A program made the translations under genes and the position numbers. Below are positions 49,000 through 58,107 of a DNA stretch of 64,000 nt, piece by piece. This DNA comes from Nannocystales bacterium. GTDB taxonomy: Bacteria > Myxococcota_A > Polyangia > Nannocystales > Nannocystaceae. The notes under the pieces are model-generated. The model had not been told where the DNA came from, ran no database searches, and saw nothing but the letters and a program-made list of their open reading frames with translations. How positions within the stretch are numbered: position 1 is the stretch's first letter; every line of letters starts with the position of its first letter. Where the stretch lies: positions 189,487-253,486 of the forward strand of contig JBOEGF010000015.1 in NCBI GenBank assembly GCA_050633305.1, written 5' to 3'.

Positions 49000-49451
49000 G
49001 GCCACTCCGGTGGGTTCGCGAGCGGGAGTTCGGTGTCACTGGACCCGGTATCGGTATCGGTATCGGTATCGGTATCGGTATCGGTATCGGTATCGGTATC
49101 CGTCGGGAACGAGCCCGTCGTGCCCGAAGTGCCCGGGGTGCCAGTCGTGGGGTCGGTCGTGGAAGAGGACGTGGACATGCCGAGCGTCGTCGTGCTCTCG
49201 GGCATCGACGTCTCCCCACCGGTGGTGTCGTCGCCAGAGGTCGACCCTGTTGCCCCCACGGCGTCCGTGGCGGAACCTGGATCGGTATCGGTATCGGTAT
49301 CGGTGTCGGCTGCCAGCGGAGCGAAGCCACAGACCCCTGCGTCGCAAACCTGTGCTTGTGGGCAGTCGGAGTGACGGATGCAATCCACGATTTCGCAGTT
49401 GCATGCCGGAAGCAGGGCGAGGAAGGCCAGGGCGAGAATGGAGCGTTGCAT
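48996..49451 (-). CDS. Small lipoprotein with Cys knot and (Asp-Thr)n tracts
   Basis: LPAC lipobox, C..HSDC....C....C motif, DT repeats. Confidence 0.7.
   Translation of the reverse strand: MQRSILALAFLALLPACNCEIVDCIRHSDCPQAQVCDAGVCGFAPLAADTDTDTDTDPGSATDAVGATGSTSGDDTTGGETSMPESTTTLGMSTSSSTTDPTTGTPGTSGTTGSFPTDTDTDTDTDTDTDTDTDTGSSDTELPLANPPEWP
49047..49100. repeat. Perfect hexanucleotide microsatellite (GGTATC)x9
   Basis: Nine exact units encoding (DT)9 on the minus strand; a shorter copy (3 exact + 1 degenerate) lies at 49284-49307. Confidence 0.95.
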
Positions 49452-49969
49452 CAGAAGTTCACCCGGAATCCGACGCCGGCGTCGAGCTTCGTCGTCGTGG
49501 TGCGGTGCTGTAGGTCGTTCCCGGCGAAGTACACGGTCGGCCCGAGCTCGGTCACGACAGAGAACCGGCGGTGAAGTGGAATCGCCGCGCCCGCGCCCAC
49601 CCGAACTCCGAGCAGCTTCCGCGGCGCGACGAAGCCATCAAGACCCGCGAGAGCGTACAGACGCAGCCGTCCGAGGGACGTAAACGCGCGAAGCCTGAAC
49701 CCGAGTCCGAAGAGTTGACCTCCCTCGAACTCCAGCATCAAGGCGGGCGAGAACTCCAGCCACTGATGCTCTGGATGGAAGAAACCCACGTCGAAGAGCA
49801 GCATCGCGGGCGAGCGCATTGCGTGGGTCTTGGGAGGCGAGGGCGCGACGGTGAACCCGGTGGCGCCTAGAGCGGTGACGCTGACCTTCTGCCGGCCGAG
49901 GTCTTCCTTGGGCTCAGCTTTTCCCTCGGGCGGTGCGACCGCGAGGAAGAGCGCAAACATCGAGAACAT
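49451..49969 (-). CDS. Small outer-membrane beta-barrel-like protein
   Basis: Signal peptide, amphipathic strands, terminal GFRVNF. Confidence 0.7.
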   Translation of the reverse strand: MFSMFALFLAVAPPEGKAEPKEDLGRQKVSVTALGATGFTVAPSPPKTHAMRSPAMLLFDVGFFHPEHQWLEFSPALMLEFEGGQLFGLGFRLRAFTSLGRLRLYALAGLDGFVAPRKLLGVRVGAGAAIPLHRRFSVVTELGPTVYFAGNDLQHRTTTTKLDAGVGFRVNF

Positions 49970-49983
49970 GCAGGGCTCTGAAG

Positions 49984-49999
49984 AGCAACGACCGTGCCA
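49984..49999 (-). promoter_or_regulatory. Sigma54 promoter of the barrel/lipoprotein operon
   Basis: TGGCACGgtcgTTGCT, a consensus -24/-12 box 14 nt upstream of the ATG. Confidence 0.85.
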
Positions 50000-50048
50000 G
50001 CGTCGGTTCCCCTGATGTCGGCGCGTTCGAACGCGGCCAACGGGGCAC

Positions 50049-50068
50049 CGTCGTCAAGGATGACGACG
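50049..50068. promoter_or_regulatory. Candidate enhancer (UAS) palindrome
   Basis: CGTCGTCA-AGGA-TGACGACG; core CGTC-N6-GACG centred about 60 bp upstream of the -24 GG. Confidence 0.6.
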
Positions 50069-50384
50069 ACGCTAGAAATCCCCTCAAGGTCGTTCGCGCA
50101 CGGTCGATGGGTCCACAGTGGGCCATCGCACGACCATTGCGACCGACATGCACTCGCTCCTCGAAGAGAGCCGCTGGGAGAGACTCTCCCGCGCGCTGTT
50201 ACTGGGGGCGTTGCCTTTGAGCGTGCTCGCCTTCATCTCGATCTAGCGCGTCGCGGCGTTGTCTCAGCGCTCTGAGGCCACTTGGTGCAGCGGGGCTCAG
50301 GCGCACGCCACAGGGCCTCCGCCACGTCCTCCTGGTCGTGTCGCATCCCCAGGAGCGTAGCAGCCGTGCCTTTTGGCGCTCTGG

Positions 50385-51212
50385 CTAGGCCGCGAAGTGG
50401 AGCTCTAGCAGCTTGCGTGTCTCGGCGGGCGAGATTCCGAACGTGTCGTCCAGACCCTCCTGGAGCCGTGAGAGGTCGCCTTCGCTCAGACTCGGCGATT
50501 GGATGAACGCCACCGCGCGCACGGCATCTGGCACCGGGAGCTCCTCATGGGCGTCGCGATGGTGGGAGGTCACGGCCGCGGTGATCTCATCGGGGAACTG
50601 CCACGCCTCGCACATCAGCCCGCCAAAATCGCCGTGGTCCCAACCGAGCTTCTCGCGTTCGAGCTCGTCGAGGATGCTCCAGTCACCGTCGACCTCGGCC
50701 AACAGCGGGCGGTATTCCTTGCGCATGACCTTGGCAAGGATCGGGATTGCCATGTCTTGCAGCAGTGAACCTGCATACGCGACGCCAGCCTCCGCCGGTC
50801 TCACCTGACGAGAGATGGTCTCTGCCAACGCAGCACGTTGAGTCGCAATCTCCCAGAACTGCTCCGCGGAGTAGCCGGTGGCCTTGGGGTTGGGCAGAGC
50901 GTCGCGAGTGGCATGTGCCAACACGAGGTATTCGAGGTTGGCACGGCCCAGGAGGCCGACAGCTTGGGTCGGGTCGGAGATGCGGCGGGTCCTGGCGGCG
51001 GCGGCCGAGTTGACGGACTGGAGCAGACGCATGGTGAGCCCTGCGTCTCGCTTCAGGCATTCGCCGATCTCTCGGTTGCTGGACTTTTCGTTCCGCAGCA
51101 ACCCCCGCACCTCCATCGCCACCTTGGGCAGGGACGGCAGCTTGAAGTCGCCCGCCATCTTGGCGAGTTGTGCCTTGGGGTCGCGCTTGAAGAGTCGCTT
51201 GAGGATGCCCAT
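50385..51212 (-). CDS. HDOD domain protein
   Basis: LPSLPKVA, DAGLTMRLLQSVNSA, FWE, LLQDMA, WQFP...SHH. Confidence 0.85.
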   Translation of the reverse strand: MGILKRLFKRDPKAQLAKMAGDFKLPSLPKVAMEVRGLLRNEKSSNREIGECLKRDAGLTMRLLQSVNSAAAARTRRISDPTQAVGLLGRANLEYLVLAHATRDALPNPKATGYSAEQFWEIATQRAALAETISRQVRPAEAGVAYAGSLLQDMAIPILAKVMRKEYRPLLAEVDGDWSILDELEREKLGWDHGDFGGLMCEAWQFPDEITAAVTSHHRDAHEELPVPDAVRAVAFIQSPSLSEGDLSRLQEGLDDTFGISPAETRKLLELHFAA

Positions 51213-52141
51213 CAGCCAGCCCTCCGGGCCATCTTGTCGGAGAAGATCGAGAGCATTCCGCCGAGCATCATGTACCCAAGGGCCACCTCCAGCATGACAA
51301 GGACCTGGGCGCTCGTCGAGGTTGGAAGGACGTCGCCGTAGCCCAGCGTCGTGATCGTGACGAAGCTGAAGTAGAACGGAGAAAGGACGGTCGGGCTGCT
51401 GCCGAAGTCCACCGCGACAAACTGGTAGGCGATGCCAAACGCGATCGCGACCGACGCTGTGCAGGCTCCCCAGCGACCCAAGCTGCGACCGCAGTCCGAG
51501 GTGAACCACCAGATCCAGTAGATGATCGCGTGGGCCCGGCTGCGGTTGCGAAACTCGTGGATGTAGTTTTGGTCGAGAATCTGGCGTCGAAGAAGGTACG
51601 CGCCCGTGAAGTCGACCTTTGTGATCTCGCACTCGATCCACTGTGCCGTGTCGGCGCCTCGGAGCTCACGGAGGCGGGCGCCATCGAGCTTGGTCCGGTT
51701 GAAGATCGCGTTGTTGCAGGACGAGCCACGCGCGGAGGCGCGAGTGAGGTCGGCGCGCTCCAGGTCTGCCCCGTCCAGGGTGCACTGGACCATTCGGACA
51801 TCGCAGAGGGTGGCGTCGCGAAGATCAGCGCGGGTGAGATCGGCACCGGAGAGCGTGGCGCGCGTGAGGTCTGCGCCGAAGAACCGGGCGTCCACCATGC
51901 TCGCGTTGCCAAAACAGGCGCGGGTCGCATTTGCGCTCTCGAAGTTGGCTTGGTCGAGGCGGGCGCCTGTGAACTCGGCGTCGGTGAGGTCCGCCTCGTA
52001 GAACAGCGCGCCCGTCAGGTCGGCATCCGCAAAGTTGGCTCCCCGAAGCGACTTGCCGCAGAAGTCCTGCCCGCGGAGGTCTTGGCCCGAGTAATCGGCG
52101 TGACCCGGCGTCTGCTCGGCGAGGTCACTGGAGGCGCTCAT
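51212..52141 (-). CDS. Pentapeptide-repeat protein fused to a K+ channel pore domain
   Basis: Many A(D/N)L/Fxx repeats, then TM-pore-TM with selectivity filter TTLGYGD. Confidence 0.88.
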   Translation of the reverse strand: MSASSDLAEQTPGHADYSGQDLRGQDFCGKSLRGANFADADLTGALFYEADLTDAEFTGARLDQANFESANATRACFGNASMVDARFFGADLTRATLSGADLTRADLRDATLCDVRMVQCTLDGADLERADLTRASARGSSCNNAIFNRTKLDGARLRELRGADTAQWIECEITKVDFTGAYLLRRQILDQNYIHEFRNRSRAHAIIYWIWWFTSDCGRSLGRWGACTASVAIAFGIAYQFVAVDFGSSPTVLSPFYFSFVTITTLGYGDVLPTSTSAQVLVMLEVALGYMMLGGMLSIFSDKMARRAG

Positions 52142-52270
52142 GCGTCTTTCGTGGGATCGGCGGCGCCCTGGATCAAGCAGGACGTGCGTCCCGAACCGGT
52201 CCCGGAGGACGCGCGGCAGGTCTGAACGGCTCGAGTCCGGCCCCGTCCCGGTCGGCTGAGTCCCCGCTGG

Positions 52271-53035
52271 TTACGGGTGTGGGTGTCCGACGAACGGCAG
52301 GACGATCCACAGGACGAGCCCAGCGATGACGGCCGTCGTGACCAGGACATCCGGGTTGTACAGGGACGGGGCAGGGAAGGTGGCCGGCCATCGGCTCTGA
52401 GCCCACCGGGTCAGCGGCCCCGGAGGCGACTCGGTTGTGGTGAATGTCCCGTGCTCGGCGAACAGCTGAAGGAACGTCCACATCGCGGTCAGCAACGTGA
52501 CCGCGAACCCGACCCAGTACGCCCAGTGTGCGTCTCGGTACAACTTCCACAACGGCTCGACGAACATCGCAACCCCGGCGCCGCCCACCACGATGCCGAG
52601 GATCACCGTGCGAGCGCTGAACTCGTCGCGCAGACTCAGGATGAGAAACGCGACGAGGGCTGCCGTGAAGTCGACCGCAAACCCTTCGATGAAGAACCCG
52701 GGCACGCCGCCTCCGAAGATCAGCACCTGAGCCAGAAGCTCCAGCGGCACCAGCAAGCACAGGAGGATGCTCCGGGTGAGGTTGCCCGGCAGGCTCGTCA
52801 CGACGGGGAGCGACCCGAGAAAAATGAGCGCGGGCAGCAGTCCGCCGAAGGCCGCGACACGCTGCGTCTGCTTGGAGAAGTCGTGGGAGATGAACCACAG
52901 CGCGACGAACGGAGCGACCAGCTGGTAGGCCAAGAACGCGTAGTAGAGGAAGCGAACGGCTCGCTGTGCTCCGGTCTCGTTCGCTCTGGCTTCTTGCCAT
53001 CGCCGCTTCTCCGCCCGTCGCTCCTTGAGAGACAT
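52271..53035 (-). CDS. Hypothetical multi-pass membrane protein
   Basis: About seven hydrophobic segments. Confidence 0.65.
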   Translation of the reverse strand: MSLKERRAEKRRWQEARANETGAQRAVRFLYYAFLAYQLVAPFVALWFISHDFSKQTQRVAAFGGLLPALIFLGSLPVVTSLPGNLTRSILLCLLVPLELLAQVLIFGGGVPGFFIEGFAVDFTAALVAFLILSLRDEFSARTVILGIVVGGAGVAMFVEPLWKLYRDAHWAYWVGFAVTLLTAMWTFLQLFAEHGTFTTTESPPGPLTRWAQSRWPATFPAPSLYNPDVLVTTAVIAGLVLWIVLPFVGHPHP

Positions 53036-53065
53036 CGCGGCGGAGACTACCCCGCGGACCGGGCT

Positions 53066-55186
53066 TCAGACCTCAGCAGTTCGCATGAACATCGGCTGCG
53101 CCAACAGCCAGAGGCTGAGCATGCTCATCAGGAGCATGCCGACCATCATCACCAAGTGGACGCGGAGGCTGGCCTTCTTGTCCTTGTAAAGGCGGAAGGC
53201 AGCGCGTTGGGCGACGACGATCCCGTAGATGTGGCCGATGATGATCAGCGCGACCTGCAGGTACCAGATGCTCTCGGGTGACCACAGGGCAGACAACGGC
53301 GCCCGCGCGGTGCCGAAGAAGTCGGTGCCCCAGCCCAGCGGGTCGCTGGCGAGGCGGCGCAGCTTGGACCACTCGTAGAACACGTGCGTGGCGTTGTGGG
53401 CCAAGTGATAGAAAAGCGCGACAGGCAGCAGCGTGAACGAAAACTTGATGAACAGCTGCCGTGTCGAGTAGTCGCTGCGACCGCTGACGGCTCGCATGAG
53501 CCAGCACAGGCCCCAGTACAGAAGACCTGGGATGACGATGCAGCCGAGCATCATCAGCGTGAACGTCATCAGTCCGCCCTGGCTGCCGCTGAAGCCCAGG
53601 ACATCGCTGCCGAGCACACTGACCTGGGTGTCGATCAACCACCCGCGAAGCCCGTCTTCCCACTCCATCCACAGCGGAATCATCGCGGCGCCGTGGAAGG
53701 CACTGACGATGAAGACAAGCACCGCCATGTAGGCTTCATCCGGCTTGGATCGATGCGGGTGCAGGACGTCTGCACCGCTGCTGCGCACGTTGAGTGCGAT
53801 GTTGTCGTGCGGGCAGCTCTTCACGCACTCCGTGCACAGCGTGCAGTACTGGTTCTCGTTCATGCCGCCCATGAACTCGTGGGTGGGGCAGGGAAGGCCG
53901 TGTCCCTCTCGCCCGTGGTAGCAGTCCTTCGTTCGGCATTTGCGGCACACGTCGGGGTCGCGGCGGCGCAGCTCCAACATGCCCATCATCGCGTATTGAC
54001 CGCTCACGCGGCCGACAAAGCAGACGTAGCGACACATGGCCTTACGCTCGTAGGTGACGAGCAGGACCCAGGCGAGGCCGATCATGGTCAGGCCAATCAC
54101 CGAGGTGAGCCACGGTCGGTTGGCGGCGTCGAAGACGATCTCCAGCCAGGTGACGAACGCGAACAAGATGATCGCTGGCCACATCCAGGCCTTGGCCTTC
54201 GGGTAGCGCTTGCCCAGGCCTCGGATTCGGCTCGTGCCCGTAAGGGACAGGCGCATGACCCAGTCGGGGACCGCCGTCCAGGGGCACATGAAACACCACA
54301 GGTTGCCCGCGAAGAAGACGCCGAAGATGAGCCCGATCCACCAGATGTTCCAGGTGAGGACGGGCGCGATGTTGCGGCCCGGGTCCTGCGAGCCCACGAA
54401 CCCGACCACGATCACGGCGAGGAAGCCGAGCACGACCGGGAGCTGTACGAGCGGCTGAAACCACCGGCTCTTCATCGCGCGCTGGAACCACGCAATCTGG
54501 GTCAGCTCGAACTTCCAGTACTTGCGCGCGTAGGACCGCGGGTTCTTGTTCTTGCCGTAGCGCTCGAAGATCGCGAAGGACAGCAACAGGATCACGATGC
54601 TTGCGCCAAAGAAGACCTCGTTGGGCAGTCCGGGCATCAGGTGGACATAGGCCTTCTTCTTGACCGTCTTGGCGTCGTCGAACGCGTCGGGGTCGAAGAA
54701 GCCGCCTTGGTCGAGCTCGTCGCGGGTCGACGCCCCGATGCCGACGTCGTCCTCGCCGCCCTCATCGAGGATGATCGCGCCGGACTTCGAGCGCTTTCGG
54801 CCAAACCTGTCGACGGTGTAGCCCTCCTCGTCACTCTGTGGGGTGATGTCTTCGACCGGAGGCATGGGCGGTGCCTGGGTCGGGGTGATGTCCTCGACCG
54901 GAGGCATGGGCGGTGCCTGGGTCGGTGTGATGTCTTCGACCGGAGGCATGGGCGGTTGTGCCTCTGCCAGCGCCCCTGCGAGGCGGTCTTGCAGGTCGGT
55001 GTGGACGAGCACGACCGCATCCTCGGTGTTGCGGGCGTGAACGCGGTGCGAGCCGATCCAGACCAGGCCGACCACCGCGAGCATGAGGGCGAACCCCAAC
55101 GCGAAGCGACCCCCCCGAAGCAGGGCGAGCGGGTCTTCGGGCTCGGACTCGGGGGCCCCTTGCCCGATGACGGGGAGGTGTTTCAA
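53066..55186 (-). CDS. Polytopic membrane 4Fe-4S protein (NapH/CcoG/NosR C-terminal-like)
   Basis: WCFMCP, CRYVC, CRKC...C, CP...CTLCTECVKSCP; many TM helices. Confidence 0.85.
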   Translation of the reverse strand: MKHLPVIGQGAPESEPEDPLALLRGGRFALGFALMLAVVGLVWIGSHRVHARNTEDAVVLVHTDLQDRLAGALAEAQPPMPPVEDITPTQAPPMPPVEDITPTQAPPMPPVEDITPQSDEEGYTVDRFGRKRSKSGAIILDEGGEDDVGIGASTRDELDQGGFFDPDAFDDAKTVKKKAYVHLMPGLPNEVFFGASIVILLLSFAIFERYGKNKNPRSYARKYWKFELTQIAWFQRAMKSRWFQPLVQLPVVLGFLAVIVVGFVGSQDPGRNIAPVLTWNIWWIGLIFGVFFAGNLWCFMCPWTAVPDWVMRLSLTGTSRIRGLGKRYPKAKAWMWPAIILFAFVTWLEIVFDAANRPWLTSVIGLTMIGLAWVLLVTYERKAMCRYVCFVGRVSGQYAMMGMLELRRRDPDVCRKCRTKDCYHGREGHGLPCPTHEFMGGMNENQYCTLCTECVKSCPHDNIALNVRSSGADVLHPHRSKPDEAYMAVLVFIVSAFHGAAMIPLWMEWEDGLRGWLIDTQVSVLGSDVLGFSGSQGGLMTFTLMMLGCIVIPGLLYWGLCWLMRAVSGRSDYSTRQLFIKFSFTLLPVALFYHLAHNATHVFYEWSKLRRLASDPLGWGTDFFGTARAPLSALWSPESIWYLQVALIIIGHIYGIVVAQRAAFRLYKDKKASLRVHLVMMVGMLLMSMLSLWLLAQPMFMRTAEV
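54840..54956. repeat. 42-bp tandem repeat, about 3 copies
   Basis: Encodes (Q)APPMPPVEDITP(T) three times within the Fe-S protein. Confidence 0.9.
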
Positions 55187-56619
55187 GCGCCGCCCTCAAC
55201 CTGGGTGACCACCACCACGTTGGGGGCTCGCCTCCACGTGGACGCGTCGGTGGGCTGCGGCGCCGGGGCATGTCCTGCGCCGCCGTCGCCAAGATCCACG
55301 GGTTTGGCGGTCATCGTGCACGGGTCATCGGCCCCGCTGAGCGTTGCCCACAGCACTTTTCCGTAGATCGAGTTCTCGATGTTTCCGGTCGTCGCGGGCC
55401 CGGCACCGATGGCCAGGTGCGTGCCGTCCGGGGCCACGGCCAACGCGTACGGCGCGAGGATGTTGCCCTCGCTCTCCCAAGCTTCGTCGAGGCCAGGCAG
55501 CGTGTTGCAGATGACGCCGTTGTTGGAGACGACCTGCACGCCGCGTTCGCCATCAGAGCTGAGTGCGCCTCGGGCCAGCAGCCAGTGGGTGTCGCCGAAG
55601 CGCACCAGCTCGCCGAGATGTGCATCGCTGGGTGCAACCTCGATGGGTACGAAGCCACAGGTCGCCGGGGTGACGTTGTAGAGCTGCGATGCGACGAGGC
55701 CGTTGAGCGGGGTGGGCCCCACGCCCACCAGCACGCCGCCCGCACCGTCGTGTGCGAGGTAGCGGACCCGGCGGTTGTTCAGGAACGGGAGGTCGCAAAG
55801 CTTGCCCGTGATGCCGGCCGCCACGTCGGTCGTGGGTGCGGAGAGGTCCCCGAGGTCCAGGAATGCGACCGCTTCATTGCCGTCGCAGGCAACGGCAGCG
55901 GTTTGCTCGTCTCTGAGCAGGACCAGCTCTGAGGCGCCATCGCAGTCACCGTTCTCCAGCCCCGTGAGCGTGGCCATCGCGAAGTCCGACGGGTTGGAAG
56001 CGTCGACGACGGCGAGCTTCCCAGGTGTTGTCCAAGACTCTTCATTCGCGAAGAGGTCATTGGCGAACACGCTCACCAGCACCTTTCCGGACACGGGCCG
56101 CCCCAGCACGAAGATGGGCTCCGCTTCCTCGAAGCGAGTCTCGATGATCCCCTCGCTGAATGCTCCGCCGAGGAAGAAGCTGTCGTCGGCGATCAGTGCG
56201 ACATCGCGGTCGTCGAAAAACGCGCGCGGGAAGGTGAGCATCGCGCCGCGTTCGAGCGATGGGTAGTGGCCGGTGATGACGTGCAGTCCGGTGTCCGACA
56301 GCGCCATACCGAACGGCTCGTCCAGCGGTCCCACTTCGGTTCCCGGTTTGAGATCGAGGTCGATGCCGCCGCGATACGACGGTGTGCCCCCCGCGAGCCC
56401 ACCGAACACCTCCACACGATCGTCGAGGGCCTGCGCGACCAGGACGACCACGCACGACTCGCCGGCCGGGCAGCCCAGCATGTTGTCGACGTCCGGGGTC
56501 GACGTGGTGTCGGAGGTCTCGTTGTCGGTTTCTGTCGCGTCGTCGCTGCTGGGGTTGTCCGGAAGACAGCCGGGCACCGCGCAAGCAAGGAGCAACGCTG
56601 CGCCTGGTCCGAACCTCAT
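55183..56619 (-). CDS. Hypothetical lipoprotein, probable beta-propeller
   Basis: VPGC lipobox; PFGMAL and PYALAVAPDG blade-like motifs; overlaps the start of the Fe-S gene. Confidence 0.7.
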   Translation of the reverse strand: MRFGPGAALLLACAVPGCLPDNPSSDDATETDNETSDTTSTPDVDNMLGCPAGESCVVVLVAQALDDRVEVFGGLAGGTPSYRGGIDLDLKPGTEVGPLDEPFGMALSDTGLHVITGHYPSLERGAMLTFPRAFFDDRDVALIADDSFFLGGAFSEGIIETRFEEAEPIFVLGRPVSGKVLVSVFANDLFANEESWTTPGKLAVVDASNPSDFAMATLTGLENGDCDGASELVLLRDEQTAAVACDGNEAVAFLDLGDLSAPTTDVAAGITGKLCDLPFLNNRRVRYLAHDGAGGVLVGVGPTPLNGLVASQLYNVTPATCGFVPIEVAPSDAHLGELVRFGDTHWLLARGALSSDGERGVQVVSNNGVICNTLPGLDEAWESEGNILAPYALAVAPDGTHLAIGAGPATTGNIENSIYGKVLWATLSGADDPCTMTAKPVDLGDGGAGHAPAPQPTDASTWRRAPNVVVVTQVEGGA

Positions 56620-56913
56620 GGCAGGGACGGTAGCAAAGCACTGCGCCCCGACAAAGCAGGGCGGCCGGAGGCGCGACCGGCGACAACGGCAACTTCAGAT
56701 GGAACGAAGCCTGTGGGTGTCCCGCCGCTGCGAGACGGGCCGTTGCGTCCATCACTTGCTGCCGGGGCCCCGTTGATCGTGACGCAACAACCCAGAACGC
56801 CGGGGCCGTCTACCCGGTCGTGGTTGTGGCTTCTCTGCCCTGGCCGATCTTCTTGGATCCGGGGGAGTGCGGCTGACTCCGGGCTTCGGCCCGGGCACGA
56901 CTCGTCAAGCTCA

Positions 56914-57534
56914 TCAAAGCTTGATTTCTCCGTCGACCGTGAGCCGGTCGAGCAGAGCCTCGATCTCTTCGGGTGGCAGCAAGGGATTCCCTCTGATGGT
57001 GAGGTCGCCGTGGATGTGCTCCAGGCCTTCGAGCCCGGCGAGGCTGCGCAACTCCGGATTGTACGCGACTCGGAAGAGTCCGTGGACCTCGCGGAGACTC
57101 TCGAGTCCGCGAAGGTCTTCGAGGTGGGGGACAAGTTCAGCACCAAACGATCCCACGCTTCGCAACTTGGGAACGCCCGCAAAGTCACCCAAGTTGTCTT
57201 CGAAGAAGCCGAATCCGTCCTCGACGATTTCGAGCGAGTCGAGGCCCTCCAACGTGAGGGGCTCCCCAACATAGCCGCCTGCACCGAAGTTTCCTGTGAT
57301 GACGACGATCGACCTCAAGTTGGTGCGATCTGGGAACCCATCCTGGAGAACGAGGCTGCCGTCGAGCCGCTCGCAGCCGTCGAAGGTCGACAGCTCTTCT
57401 TGCTTGAGCGACCCGTTTTCCGGGGTACAGGTTTGCAGGTTGTCGTAGGGCCCCGCGTCGCTCACCGAAGGGTTGCAGCCCGCCAGAGCATAGAGAGCGA
57501 GACCGAGAGGACAAATCCTGCAAAGCTGTCTCAT
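56914..57534 (-). CDS. Lipoprotein with receptor L-domain-like leucine repeats
   Basis: LAGC lipobox; repeats LEGLDSLEIV, LRGLESLREV, LAGLEGLEHIHGDLTIRGNP. Confidence 0.75.
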   Translation of the reverse strand: MRQLCRICPLGLALYALAGCNPSVSDAGPYDNLQTCTPENGSLKQEELSTFDGCERLDGSLVLQDGFPDRTNLRSIVVITGNFGAGGYVGEPLTLEGLDSLEIVEDGFGFFEDNLGDFAGVPKLRSVGSFGAELVPHLEDLRGLESLREVHGLFRVAYNPELRSLAGLEGLEHIHGDLTIRGNPLLPPEEIEALLDRLTVDGEIKL

Positions 57535-58107
57535 CGGCCTCCTTCTTACTTCGTCGTCATAGGACTGTCAGCTTGAACGTCGTGGTCGGTTCGCATCTCG
57601 GAAGGGAGGACTGCGTCACCACGGTCTTCTCGTCCTTCTCGAGCTCTCTGATCACATTGACCTTGGAGCCATACCAGTACCGATGTGACTCAGACCTTGT
57701 GCGTACATGTCGAGTCTTCGACAACGATGAAGCTGTTGCCCTCGAAGGCCGGAAGAAGCTCGGGCGCGCCAATCTCGCCGGATGGCACGCAATGACTTCG
57801 ATCTGGACCGCAGCCGCGTTGTCACACAACCGGTGGGTGAGCTGGATGTCGCCGCCCTTCTGTAGCGGAGCGGTTGGCCTCGTGCCGATCAGCAGGCCGA
57901 GCTGTCGGCTCGTCGTGCGAGTGGACGGCACTGCGGTCTCGGTCGGCACTCGGCTCGCGAGCCGTGCATCGCCTCGACCTCTCGGAAGACTCCGAGTCGG
58001 CACGGCTCTCTCCCCTACACCGTGGTCAGCTCATGCCGCGGCGCAGGTCTGTCCTGATCGCGCTCCCGAGGTTCGTCGGAGCGGCGCGGTCGAGCTTGGG
58101 GCAACGC

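Noticed and set aside
48996..49005. Frameshift splitting one lipoprotein gene in two
   Set aside because: The downstream ORF has its own lipoprotein signal and a normal ATGA coupling; the hexamer repeat preserves frame.
52150..52185. GCCGATCC sigma28-like -10 upstream of the K+ channel gene
   Set aside because: No -35 element at the right spacing.
5677..52270. Motility region as a mobile genomic island
   Set aside because: No integrase, transposase, tRNA or flanking direct repeat seen, and no obvious compositional shift.
54840..54956. CRISPR-like repeat
   Set aside because: Head-to-tail in-frame 42-bp units with no unique spacers and no cas genes.
57557..58003. ORFs 57557-58003(-) and 57573-58256(+)
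   Set aside because: No recognisable motifs or clear start; a small gene or remnant is possible but unsupported.
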